Below, piece by piece: positions 24,626-37,290 of a stretch of 64,000 bases of DNA (the first letter of the stretch is position 1; every line of letters starts with the position of its first letter). A program made the position numbers and the translations under genes. The stretch spans positions 19,592,001-19,656,000 of the forward strand of contig NC_043017.1 in assembly GCF_006345805.1 (NCBI RefSeq), in the 5' to 3' direction. Under the pieces are notes generated by a model. It made no database searches and was not told the origin of the DNA. It saw nothing but the letters and a program-made list of their open reading frames with translations. The stretch comes from Octopus sinensis (Eukaryota).

Positions 24626-25341
24626 TTAACCCTTTCATTACCAACTTGGCTGAAATTGCCTCTGACTTTATAGTACAAATGTCTTGTTTTCATAAGTTTT
24701 GAAATAAAATCTTCCACCAAACCTTAGTTACAATTTATGTTCCTAACACTAGCTGAATGATAACTAAGTTATTTTACTAAATTCTTTGTTATATTTAAAA
24801 TTAATCGAAAGAAATAAATAAGATAATGAAAGGGTTAGAATATATAATGAGAAACAATTCTTAACCCTTTTGATATCAACCTGGCTGAAACCAGCTCTGG
24901 CTCTGTAGTATAAATGTCTTGTTTTCAAAAGTTCTGAATTAAAATCTGCCTCCAAACCTTAGTCACAATTTATGTTCCTAACACTAGCTGAATGATAACT
25001 AAGTTATTTTACTAAATTCTTTGTTATATTTAAAATTAATCGAAAGAAACACAGAGCATCTCAAAATAAATAAGATAATGAAAGGGTTAGAATATATAAT
25101 GAGAAACAATTCTTAACCCTTTTGATATCAACCTGGCTGAAACCAGCTCTGGCTCTGTAGTATAAATGTCTTGTTTTCAAAAGTTCTGAATTAAAATCTG
25201 CCTCCAAACCTTAGTCACAATTTATGTTCCTAACACTAGCTGAATGATAACTAAGTTATTTTACTAAATTCTTTGTTATATTTAAAATTAATTGAAAGAA
25301 ATACAGAGCGTTTCAAAATAAATACGGTAACAAAAGGTTAA
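24626..25341. mobile_element. Three tandem piggyBac-like MITE 'E' copies
   Basis: Copies at 24626-24837, 24861-25089 and 25113-25341. Copy 1 has a perfect TIR CCCTTTCATTA/TAATGAAAGGG. The 23-bp spacer GAATATATAATGAGAAACAATTC occurs twice, identically. Confidence 0.85.
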
Positions 25342-25560
25342 GCATTCAAATCACTCTGTCAAATGTAATGGTTATTTCTGCTTTATGTGCTTTGAATTAA
25401 TCATTCATCATCTCATACTTTCAAGATTTTAAAGGTAAGAGGGTATCTCCTTAGAATGACATTTCTGGTTAAGTGCAAGAGGCTGGATCTGGGTAGTATG
25501 AACATAAAACAAGGAAAGCATCTGGGCCAGATATGGTTGGTTGAAATGCTAAAAGGGTTG
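25342..25560. mobile_element. Second TTAA-type MITE family 'I' (…TAGCATT…AATGCTAAAAGGGTT)
   Basis: Right end atgctaaaagggttg. The body start gcattcaaatcactctgtcaaatg matches 63944-64000 (ttaaccttttagctttcaaattactctgacaag). Confidence 0.55.
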
Positions 25561-27574
25561 TTCCAAACTATACAAATTTGTTTTTACTTCTGCTTTACTT
25601 GTTTCAGTCTTTGAAATATGGCCAGGCTGGGGCACTGCCTTGAAGAATTTTAGTAGAACAAAGTGACTCCAGCATATATCTTCAAGTCTCTTTTGCTAAA
25701 CTGCTAAGGGACAGGGATGTAAACAAACTATCACCAGTTGTCAAGTAGTGGTGGGGACAAACGCAACGGCATGCTTCCACACAGTTTCCACCAACCAAGT
25801 TCATGCACAAGCTATTTGCCCAAGATGCTGTACAGTGGGATTGAACCTGGAACTATGTGATATACACACAGACATGTATGTATGTACACACACACACACA
25901 CACACATATACATGGAGAAAAGTAAGCAGGTAAGTAGGCAGTTAGGCTATGTTCTTTAAGAAATGGTATTTGATACCAGAGTTCTTTATCATCTCATGAA
26001 TAACTGCTAAGTAGAAAAAGAAAACATGCACACACACACACACATACACTTATTTATATATGTTTATACATACATATACACACAGCCTTGTACACAGTAT
26101 CTTTCTCTTTCTCCCTCTCTTTCTGTGGGTGACAGAAAGGGACCTGTATTAGTGGAGCAGAGAGGAGAAGAAGAAGAAGAAGCTAGAAAATAGAGAAGAT
26201 AAGAAAGGGAACTGCCCAGAAAGTGTTTTCACATTAAGATACCAAGGGAAGGGACGATGGCGGTGGAATGAAGGCCCTGATAAGATAAGGCAAAACAGCA
26301 AAGGTATACATATACATATACCTATATATATATATATATACATGTAAATGTATGTAAAACCTGGCAAGTAAATGAGAAAAAGAAGCAAAAAAATATTTTT
26401 GAAGGTCTTCTATATTTGGGAGGTCTGTTTCTACTGGGAGACAAAAAAGAAAAAAACAACCCCACCCCACTGCCATGCTACCCTCCAACCTACTATCAAG
26501 AAATTGTTAGGTAAAAAAAACAAACAAAAATTGATTCCAATATAAGAAATTGTTTGGAATGATGTCCGATGGGGGACCCTTACCCCATTCCTGATAAGAA
26601 AAAATTATAAAAAGAGAGACCCTCTTTCACCAAAAAGAAAAAAAAAAAAAAAAAAAGGGTTCATTCACCTGTTTAACATGTCTGAGGAACAGTCTGGTTG
26701 ACACTGTATGCAAGATTGGAGAAAATATTTGATAAAACCCAAACTAGAAACTTTGGTTTGTTTTGCTAATTCCTTCTGTAAGAACAAACTGTCTTTAAAA
26801 CCATTCACCCCCCTGACTCTGCTTCCACCCCCATCGCTCTTGCTCTCACCACTGTTCTCCGTTGTCTTCCTCCTTTTATATATGTCACTTCTCCATCATT
26901 AACAGAAATGGAACACTGCTTGAGAAACCAATGGTGATGTGATGCCGGTGCTGGTCCCCGGTACTGGCGCCCCGGCATCTTGTAATGAGTAATGTGTCTT
27001 TTGTCTTTAACAATGAAGAAGACGGCTCTAGCCAGAGGCAAGCGCTAAAACTCACACTGGCCCTTGGGAGGAGGAAGGTAGGGGAGCATTTTTTTTTTTT
27101 TTAATATTCTATGTTTTTCTTGGTATACTGTTTTTGTTTTTGCTGGCATTAAATAGTATTATTTAAGAATTGCTGTGACATCTCTGAAGGGAATCAGGAA
27201 TGTGTCTCAGAATCTGAGAACACTGATGAAGTAAGCAAAGAGACAACGAACGGAAATAATGAACATGTGTATGTGTGCACATATATATACACATATACAT
27301 GCACACATACATATGCATACACACACACATATATATAAATTAAATATATTTATATATATATGTATACATAGACAGATATATGTCAGTGTGTGTGTGTGTG
27401 TATGTATATAAGAGAAAGAGGCTTGGAGTATGTGTAAATGGGAGTGGTAGTGACAGGATGATTTATGCCACAGGAGTTCGTTAAGTAGAAGAACATAATA
27501 ACAGATGTTTGTGCGAAATAATATAATTTAATTCCACACAAATTTTGTCTTAACAACAACAATAGTAATAATAT

Positions 27575-27760
27575 TTTCAAATTCTGTCACAAGTCAATTA
27601 CATTGACCCCCAGCACCCAACTGGTACTTATTTTGTTGACTTCAAAAGGATGAAAAGCAAAGTCAACCTCAGCAGAATTTGAACTCAGAATGTAAAGACA
27701 AACGAAATGCCACTAAACATTTTGCCCCATGTGCTAATGGTTCTGCCAGCTTGCTGCTTT
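27575..27760 (-). mobile_element. SINE family 'B'
   Basis: Family-B motifs followed by (AAC)n(AAT)n. Confidence 0.85.
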
Positions 27761-27847
27761 TATTATAATGATAACAACAACAACAACAACAACAACAACA
27801 ATAATAATAATAATAATAAATTAAATAATAATAATAATAATAAATTA

Positions 27848-27878
<31 letters not shown>

Positions 27879-28495
27879 TTAAATAATAATAATAATAATA
27901 AATAATGGTGATTGTGATAACAACGATGAATTAATAAAATGGAATTTTTAACTAATCACCACAGAAAAAGCCATTCTAAAGTTCTTGTGAACAATTCATT
28001 TGAATGCAAATTTTTCTCCCCAAAAGATAACATTAAAAACGAAAAACAAAACAACAACAAAAAAAACGTTTTCCATATTCTTCATTAAAAATGAAGTTTA
28101 CGTGGAATTAACCGAGTATCTTTTGGAAGGATTTGGCTCTCGTAAAATCAAATAACATTCTCGGGGAAAGAAAAATTTAATAATTACTGAATAAGAATTT
28201 GTTAATTAAATCTAACGAAAATAACCATCGTCCATTTTTATTATGACGAAGTGATGGTTTTGACTGGGCCTTATTGCTCGTTTATATAATGTATGTATTG
28301 GTTCGTTTGTTTGTTGGTTGTTAATTAGCTACATTTGATTAGTTCAATGACAAACCTATTGTGTTGAAATGCAAAACAGAAAAAGGAAAAGACGAAGAAC
28401 TGAAAAGGGAGAGAGGGGGGAGGGAGAAGGAGGAATAGGAAGACGAAAGCACCAAATTTAATACATAAACAGAATTGAAAGACAGTAATAATAAC

Positions 28496-28714
28496 GATTT
28501 CAAATTTTGCCACAAGAGCAGCTTGGCAGGAGGGGATTAAGTCAATTACGTCAGCCCCAGTGCGTAACTGGTACTTATTTAAAATGAACTTGAAAGGATG
28601 AAAAGCAAAGTTGATCCCAGCATAATTGGTCTTAGACTGTAGTAGTAGATGAAGTACTGCTAAGCATTTTGCCTGGCATGCTAACGATTCTGCCAGCTTG
28701 CTGCCTTACTAATA

Positions 28715-28752
<38 letters not shown>

Positions 28753-28925
28753 CTTTTCTACTATAGGTACAAAGCCTGAAATTGTGAGGGGTGGGGGTGA
28801 GGGCTAGTCGATTACATCGACCCCAATGTGTAACTGAAACTTAATTTATCAACCTTGAAAGGATGAAAGGCAAAGTCAACCTTGATGGAATTTGAACTCA
28901 GAACGCAAAGACTGGCAAAATACAA
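28496..28925 (-). mobile_element. Two SINE family 'B' copies head-to-tail
   Basis: Copies at 28496-28707 and 28752-28925, joined by (AAT)n. Confidence 0.85.
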
Positions 28926-29559
28926 TAATAGTAAGATGATGAAGAAAAAGAAGAAAAGGAGAAAGGGGACGGGGGATGGGGGAGAGCACCCCTGAAAGAA
29001 AATAGAAGGGTCACAGTTTGAATATCTTTGATCATAGGTCTGCTAATTAGGGGTTCACCCGAGACCTAATGATGGTGACCACGACGACAACAACATAGAC
29101 AAGAAATTTCAGTTATTTACTTCAAAGAACTCCCAACAATTCCTCTAGTTCTGCAATCAGAACACAAAACATCTTCAGTCAATGCCAAGTTCATGCTTCA
29201 TTGGTTAAATGGTTTCGCATTATTAACTTACCTGAAACTAAGCGGGATGGGGAGTGGGGAATGAAATCAAAGACAAGGTGATCGATGAAGTCATTGTTTT
29301 TCTTTTTTTTTTTTTAGAAAAAGAAAAAAGAAAAAAAAAATCAAATGTCTTACATTAATTTTTTTTATCATGGCTGTTTGGTTGGGGAATTTGCTTCCCA
29401 ACTACTGGTTTTGGGTTCAATCCCGCTGTGCAGCACCTTGGGCAAATGTCTTCTATGATAGCTGCCAGCCCAAACCTTGTATGTTTGGTAGATGGAAACT
29501 GAAAGAAGCCTGCCATACACACATATATGTACATACATACCATCTATACATACATATAT

Positions 29560-29695
29560 AATGAATGAGCGAAAACAAGAAAAACAAAAGTCACAAGAGG
29601 GAAAGTTTTCAGAAAGATTGTATTAGTTTCACACTTGAGAAAACAGAAAAAGGCCTCTGACGTTCCGAACATCAGAATCATCAGAGATATGTGTG
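29560..29695 (-). mobile_element. Penelope-like pseudo-LTR fragment with hammerhead-like motif
   Basis: The minus-strand 3' part (cgtcagaggcctttttctgttttctcaagtgtgaaactaatacaatc) aligns with the 37120 copy (cgtaaaagactttttctattcctgagcgttatactaatacatc). Confidence 0.6.
29654..29689 (-). ncRNA. Minimal type I hammerhead-like motif (degenerate)
   Basis: UAUCU-CUGAUGA-uucugauguuc-GGAAC-GUC|AGAGG. CUGAUGA and the GUC triplet are intact, A13 is changed to G, and stem II is not formed. Confidence 0.45.
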
Positions 29696-29699
29696 TCAC

Positions 29700-29885
29700 C
29701 ATGATTAATTGCTAAATCCACAAATTTTTTATTCTCTCTCTGTTTATTTCCTCATGTTCCTTTCTGTTGAAGAGCATAGGCTCGAAATGTAAAAGACTTT
29801 CTCACCTTCCCAAGTGTCCAACTAAGACACCTACTTGTTGTTTATACAATGTCTTTGTCTTTTGGCTTTCTGTAAATTTCAACTA
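29700..29885 (+). mobile_element. Penelope-like pseudo-LTR fragment
   Basis: Homologous to 37034-37216; ends in (TG)/(TA) microsatellite. Confidence 0.65.
29760..29795 (+). ncRNA. Minimal type I hammerhead-like motif (degenerate)
   Basis: CUUU-CUGUUGA-A-GAGC-auag-GCUC-GAAAU-GUA|AAAG. Stem I is 4 bp and stem II is 4 bp; A6 is changed to U and C15.2 to U. Confidence 0.5.
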
Positions 29886-29959
29886 TGTGTGTGTGTGTGT
29901 GTGTATGTATATATATGTATATAGGTATATACATATATATACCTATATATTCAAAATGT

Positions 29960-30090
29960 GACCGTGTGTGTACCATTGGCGATTTTTTTTCCCTCTGTCT
30001 TCCCTTCTCTAGATCTTTTCTTCTCCTATGTTTCCGACGAAGAGCTCCGCTTGAAATGTTAAACCCTCCTGCTTTCCTGAGCATCCAATA
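29960..30090 (+). mobile_element. Penelope-like pseudo-LTR fragment, second subfamily
   Basis: Same architecture (pyrimidine-rich leader, GAAGAGC…GCT(C/T)GAAA, …cctgagc…aatac) ending in (TA)n. Confidence 0.6.
30030..30064 (+). ncRNA. Minimal type I hammerhead-like motif (degenerate)
   Basis: GUUU-CCGACGA-A-GAGC-ucc-GCUU-GAAAU-GUU|AAAC. Stem I is GUUU/AAAC, compensatory relative to CUUU/AAAG; U4 is changed to C. Confidence 0.5.
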
Positions 30091-30666
30091 ATACTATATA
30101 TATATATAAATATATACATACATATATATATATGTATGTATGTATGTATATGACGGGCTTCTACATAGCTTCCGTTTACTATATTCACTCACAAGGCAAT
30201 GGTCAGCCCAGGGGCTAGAGCTGAAGGCAGTTGTCCAAGATGCTGCACAGTGGGGGACTGAACTAAAAAAAACCACATGGTTGCAAAGCAAGCTCCTTAA
30301 CAACACAACCATGCTTGTGGGAAATCTCTGAATATAAATTCACACAAAGTCATGTGGTAGACATGTAAGTTATCAACCTGGCTCTACACATGGATGCTTT
30401 GAAGCTATGGAGCTAGGAAGCTACTCCTGTTTTGTCAAACACATATATGTGGAGGAAATAAAAATAAAAATGAAAACAAAAAATATCGGTTTTCTTTTTC
30501 TCTATAGAATCCTTATTTTGAAAATAAAAGAATAGAGAAGTGTAGATAATTGGGCTTTTATGGTATTGAAGCATAAAACGGTTTTAAATAGGACTAATAA
30601 TGAATTAAATAATTATTATATATAAAGAGATTGACAAAATGATATAGAGAAAGGTGTGTGTATGTG

Positions 30667-30721
<55 letters not shown>

Positions 30722-30910
30722 CTATCTATATCTATATATATGTTTATATATATATGCACATGAGTAGATAGAGATAGATTTCTACACACACACATTTATA
30801 CATATATATCCATACAAACATACATACATACACACAAACATATATTTATATGCGTGTATATATGTATATTTGCATGTGTGTGTGTGTGCATATATGTAGA
30901 TATATATATT

Positions 30911-30949
<39 letters not shown>

Positions 30950-31786
30950 CTATACACACACATGTACAGATGCTTATACACACATCCATACAAACACACA
31001 CACACATATATAAATATGTATACATATACGCATGCAACCATATATAATGAATAGAGTGAAAGATAATGATAAGTAAGAGAGCATTAAAAAATCACCCCCC
31101 CCCAAACAAAACAACACCGGTGGGGGGGGAACAAAGACTATAAAGCAATCTACATTCTATAGATACATCTAATAAGGCCATATGAGCTTAAATAAAATTA
31201 CTTGAAGAGAAGAGGCAGAGGGGGAAACTGATGAAGATTAAATTGAATACAATGTCTTTTATTATTATTATTATTACAACTTTTTTTTCTTTCTTTCTAA
31301 GACTTGGCAATAATAAGTTGATCAATACAAGTATATTCTTTGGTAAGAGAATATTGTCGAGGCAAGGCTGTAATTTAAATATTGGTTATAGAAATTTTGT
31401 CAAAAAACTAAACAGTGGAGGATGACAAAACAGGGGGAGAAATGAATGAAGCAACACACGAACGTGTTTGTTTGTGATATTTACACACATACACACACAC
31501 ATATGTGTGTATATACATATATATGTGTATAAGTATATATATATATTTATGCATATGTAAATATATATATATATTATATATATATATATGTAAATATATA
31601 TATGTATGTGTAAATATGTGTGTGTGTGTGTAAATATATGTATATATATACATACACATGTATATGTATGTATCTGAAAAAAGGTGCTGGTGTTGGTGAC
31701 AAGGGTGGGATAATTGGCAATATTCTTTTATAATCCACCCAACTTCTTACCCTACAGCATGTTATGTACATACACTATGTATGTAT

Positions 31787-31858
31787 GTATGTATGTATGT
31801 ATGTATGTATGTATGTATGTATGTATGTATGTATGTATGTATGTGTGTATGTATGTAT
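31787..31858. repeat. (GTAT)n tetranucleotide microsatellite
   Basis: Direct inspection. Confidence 0.95.
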
Positions 31859-31970
31859 GCATAATTTATTTATTTATTTTAAAAAATATGAAAAACAACA
31901 AAAACAAACAATAATATTTCGAAGGTGGGGAAAAGAGGAAGTCAAAAAAAAAACTTAGAAAAATGAAGGT

Positions 31971-32040
<70 letters not shown>

Positions 32041-32296
32041 CAACAAATGTGTAATGAAAATTCTATGAAATATCATTTTGAAGAGAGAATTTGATTAACG
32101 AAGTTGTTCGTTTATAATATTTCTAAGGTAAAAAAAAAAAGAAAGTTAACCATTAAACATCATATGTTTAAGACCAGCTCACATTTCCAATATATTGATG
32201 CGAAGAGGGTGAGAGAAGTCTTGCAATGTTATCATTACTGTATGCACACATTCACATATAAACATACAGAAAGAGACAGATATATATATATATATG

Positions 32297-32328
<32 letters not shown>

Positions 32329-33170
32329 CATACATATATATACATATATATATACATGTCTATATATATGCACGCACACACACATACTTATAGAAACACA
32401 TTCACACACAGATATATGCAGATGTAAATAGGAAAATAAAATAAATGATCTTTCTATCCCTCTTTGTCTCTTTCTAAGAGAGAAAGAAAGTGGGGGAGGG
32501 GGAGGGGGAGAGAGAGAGAGAGAATGGAGAAACTATCTCCTTCCCTCTGTCGCTGCCTCTTTCTGGTCGGTCTTATCTCACTGGTATTGTCTGTGTATTC
32601 CTGAATTCCAAAAACTGACAGCTAAACCTATTTGGTAACAATGGCAAGATATCAGGAATAAGTTATTTAGAATAGAACAGAATGTTGATTGCTCTTCATT
32701 TATTCATTGATAAGCTCACATCAATGAGAAACACAACCAGCACTTTGAGCCATGAACTAAGTAGAGAGAGAGAGAGAGAGACTCTATATGCTAGAAATAG
32801 CAGCCAAATACCCCACTCCACTCCGTCATTACCCCCAAAATTTTTGTCACCTTGCCTAGTGGAAGGATGTGTCCAATAATGTAATTCTAGACTGGCATGA
32901 AAAGATGAGGCCGGTTGGAAGACAACCACGATCATTAATTAGAGTTGACCTTGGGTTAAATAACAGCGATAAATAACAGAAAGAACATGGCTAGTCCTTA
33001 ATCCAATAACGAAAAGCTGAATGGGTTAAATGAGAAATTGTACTGATTACTTTGTGACAAATGGCTGATTTTTATCTTTTGCCTACCTTGCACTGTTAAC
33101 CAGATTTTGTGATAGACAGACAGACAGATAGATAGATTGAGAGATAAAGGGATAAATAAATAGACATATA

Positions 33171-33341
33171 GGCGCAGGAGTGGCTGTGTGGTAAGTAGCT
33201 TGCTAACCAACCACATGGTTCCGGGTTCAGTCCCACTGCGTGGCATCTTGGGCAAGTGTCTTCTGCTATATCCCCGGGCCGACCAATGCCTTGTGAGTGG
33301 ATTTGGTAGACGGAAACTGAAAGAAGCCCGTCGTATATATG

Positions 33342-33378
<37 letters not shown>

Positions 33379-33586
33379 TTGTGTGTCTGTGTTTGTTCCC
33401 CTAGCATTGCTTGACAACCGATGCTGGTGTGTTTACGTCCCCGTCACTTAGCGGTTCGGCAAAAGAGACCGATAGAATAAGTACTGGGCTTACAAAGAAT
33501 AAGTCCCGGGGTCGATTTGCTCGACTAAAGGTGGTGCTCCAGCATGGCCGCAGTCAAATGAGTGAAACAAGTAAAAGAGTAAAGAG
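33171..33586 (+). mobile_element. Full-length young SINE family 'A'
   Basis: Near-identical to 14896 and 36326; tail (GTAAAAGA)n-like. Confidence 0.9.
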
Positions 33587-34699
33587 TATAGATAGAGAGA
33601 GGATTAGAGAGAGATGTATCTGCTTAAAGATTTGAAGTGGAACAGCCACAAAAACAACAGCCAAGGAATAAATCCCAAATTATTTTGTTATGTTATTTGC
33701 TGTCAACCTGCTGCACAATGTTCAGGAGAATATTTATCTCCCATGTTCCCCCAACATAAAAACTGAACCTTTCTCCTTTTTTTCCTTTCCAATTTTGATT
33801 TTAATAATTTTTTTACTTGCAGTACAAACCAAAATCTGTAACAAAGAATGGAACTTAAGACTTACAGCAGCACCAGTGTAAATAGATTACTGATTAATAA
33901 CTGATGCCATTTTGTCTTCTGTTCCACTATAATTAATTCTCTGTAGTTTAATCATAATAAATCCTTAATAATTTACTATAAAAAAGAACTGCCCCAGAGG
34001 AAAAAAAAAATACAAACGTTTTTTTTTCTTTTTTTCTTTACATTTTTCAGTTTAAAAAAATTCTTTAAAAAAAGCAAATAACCATTGAAGTACTTTGTAG
34101 TAAACATGTGGTTGAAACGAGAAACTTAGTTCAATAATACAATAACTTGATTTGAATGTTACTAGTTGTAGCTTTGACTTCTCTTTATTTGTAGTTCTTC
34201 TGGCTTGCTTCCCAAATTTGAATCGAATTTCGTTGCCAATAAAATGTTAATAAATAAACACTTTCTTACAACGGTTTAAGCATCCCAGCTCCACTATTTT
34301 ATTTTTTTTAATTATTTAGTTAGTGTCTTACATATTTCCAGGCGGCTTTCTGTTAATCAATTTCTAACTCAGATCATAGAAAAGGCAACAAGTGAGATAT
34401 CAATAATAACTAAAGCAATTGTAATCCAGCAAATTTAACCTGAAACAGCAGATGCGGTATAAATTTCACTTGCTTCCTCTTCCCTCAACACATACACGCA
34501 TAAACATATCATTATCCACTTCATGATCATCACCATCAATCATTGTTTTAATGTCTACTTGTCTATGGGTCAGACGATAGCAATTCTGGTACTTTGGGGC
34601 AGAGTTTTTTGTCAGGTTAGATATCCTTTCTAATACCATCCTAACACCTGTTTCCAAGTGGAGTAATAATTTCTTGGTCTTTTGAACCCAAACAGCCTG

Positions 34700-34870
34700 G
34701 ATGATATGTTTTATGTAGAAAACTTAAAACAAATGACACCGGCTGTAAACATGTCTGGCCATGGGGAAATATTACCTTGTTTGGAAACAGGCAAGTGTTG
34801 GTGACAGGAAGGGCATCCAGTCATAGAAAAATTTGCCTCAACAAATTCCATCTGACTCATGCAATGATGA
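34700..34870 (+). mobile_element. SINE family 'D' 3' part
   Basis: gttggtgacaggaagggcatccagtcatagaaaa followed by a (GAT)n field. Confidence 0.7.
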
Positions 34871-35749
34871 TAATGTAGAAGAAACAAATGTGAATGAACA
34901 ATGAAATAACAATAGTGATTGCATGACAATGCTGACTGATGATTATTTTGATGAAAACCATGATAATGAAGATATTGATGATAATGGTGATGATACTGAA
35001 GATAATGTTGGTGACAGCCATGAATAATATTGATGACCGTGATGATGATGATGATGATAGCAATGATAATGTTGATGACAAAATGATAATGCTGATGACA
35101 GCAATGATAAAATCTCAGCAACACATGGTAACATATTAGAGAAGAAATTTTAAATTCTCTACACACTTTACAAAGAAGTTTTTGAAGAGAGGTGGGTACC
35201 AGCGGACAGGTTTTTGCCTATGACACACAAGATGAGGATGAGGTCATTGGCAGTGAGCCCTTCCCCTCAAAAGGACTACGAGACATTTACTTAATTTTTA
35301 AAGAAACCCAAAGCTAATTCACTTTGGTGAAATTTCCATTCAAATTTCACATCTGGCACTAAGAAGAAGAATACATAAATATATACAATAACTCTTTTCT
35401 AATTTCTAAGTGGAATCCTAAAAGAAGTTATTTCTCAACCTGCTCTGTGCAAGTGAACTGGAAACAAGGTAATACTCCCATTTCATGGTCGATTGGTTTG
35501 TTACACCATTCAGCTGCTTAACTCATTTCTCTGGCAATTCATATGCTAATGTGTGAATTTGTAAAACCATCCCACCCATTCTAGGGACAGAACTACTTAA
35601 AACAAACAAAGACTCTTACATACATCAGGCACACACACACACACACACAGACACACACATGTATGTATGCACACACATCAGCTGTATATATGTAAAGTGA
35701 GAGAGAGAGAGAGATGAAGTAATACATGAGAAAAGTGAGACATAGGAAT

Positions 35750-35783
<34 letters not shown>

Positions 35784-36325
35784 TGCACAGAAATAGAAAT
35801 GTGTGTGTGTGTGAGAGAGAGGTATCATCTGTGTGTACTTGTGTGACTATCAGAATCAGGGGGAGGGGGAAAATAAATAGAGAGGGAGAGGGAGAGCAAG
35901 AGAAGAGGGCCAGTAATAATTACATCAAAGAAAGAAAAAAAAAGAAACCTAGACAAGTGGCTGGTGGCAGCCTCTTTGCCATTTCTTTGGACAAACAAAA
36001 ACATGAAGAGATTTGGCAGGTGGAAAGTGGTGGTGGCGGTGGTGGGGGAGGAGGGGGCAGAGTGCAGTGGAAGGAAGGGCATCTGTGTGACAGCAGGGGG
36101 GGAGGCAGCGGTGGGGGACAGAAAGAAAGAAAAAAATGGAAGCTTGTCATTTTGTAAGTTCAGGGATTTTGGAAGTGAAGGGATGTCACAGGGACAAAAT
36201 AAGTGTTGTGTAAGATGAAAGATGGACTGAAAGAGGACGTGGGTGGGGGTGGGGTGTCAATAACTGAATAAAAGAAACAGAGAAATAAAGAAAGAAAGGA
36301 AAAGACTAAATGAGTCCAGTCCATA

Positions 36326-36496
36326 GGCGCAGGAGTGGCTGTGTGGTAAGTAGCTTGCTAACCAACCACATGGTTCCAGGTTCAGTCCCACTGCGTGGCA
36401 TCTTCGGCAAGTGTCTTCTGCTATAGCCCCGGGCCGACCAATGCCTTGTGAGTGGATTTGGTAGATGGAAACTGAAAGAAGCCTGTCGTATATATG

Positions 36497-36527
<31 letters not shown>

Positions 36528-36749
36528 TTGTGTGTCTGTGTTTGTCCCCCTAGCATTGCTTGACAACCAATGCTGGTGTGTTTACATCCTCGTCACTTAG
36601 CAGTTCGGCAAAAGAGACCGATAGAATAAGTACTGGGCTTACAAAGAATAAGTCCCGGGGTCGAGTTGCTCGATTAAAGGCAGTGCTCCAGCATGGCTGC
36701 AGTCAAAATGACTGACACAAGTAAAAGAGTAAAAGAGAGAGTAAAGAGA
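36326..36749 (+). mobile_element. Full-length young SINE family 'A'
   Basis: As 14896. Confidence 0.9.
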
Positions 36750-36754
36750 TTGGA

Positions 36755-37033
36755 AGGCATGTTGCTTAGTGGTTAGGGATTTTGGTTTACGATCGTAAAG
36801 TCATCAGTTCCATTCCTGGCGAAGCATTGTGTCCTTGAGCAAGACACTTTATTTCACGTTGCCCCAGTCCACTCAGCTGGCAAGAATGAGCTGTACCTGT
36901 AATTCAAAGGAGCCAGCCTTGTCACACTGTATCTCCTTGAGAACTACATTAAGGTTATGTGTATCTGTGGAGTACTCAGCCACTTGCACACTGATTTCCT
37001 GAGCAGGCCATTCCATTGATCAGATCAATGGGA
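36755..37033 (+). mobile_element. SINE family 'C', 3'-truncated
   Basis: Homologous to 22393-22706. Confidence 0.85.
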
Positions 37034-37216
37034 ATGATAGATCGTTAGCCACTACACACATTTTTTTCTCTCCTTGTTTTTTTCTGTGTCCCTTTCTGTA
37101 GAAGAGCGTAGACTCGAAACGTAAAAGACTTTTTCTATTCCTGAGCGTTATACTAATACATCTGTTTGTTTTGTACACCACCTGTCTTCGTCTTTTGTTT
37201 TTTCGTAAACTCTCCC
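37034..37216 (+). mobile_element. Penelope-like pseudo-LTR fragment
   Basis: Homologous to 29700-29885; ends in (TA)n. Confidence 0.65.
37092..37127 (+). ncRNA. Minimal type I hammerhead-like motif with palindromic ACGU stem III
   Basis: CUUU-CUGUAGA-A-GAGC-guag-ACUC-GAAAC-GUA|AAAG; A6 is changed to U. Confidence 0.55.
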
Positions 37217-37251
37217 TATATATATATATATTATATATATATATATACACA

Positions 37252-37287
<36 letters not shown>

Positions 37288-37290
<3 letters not shown>

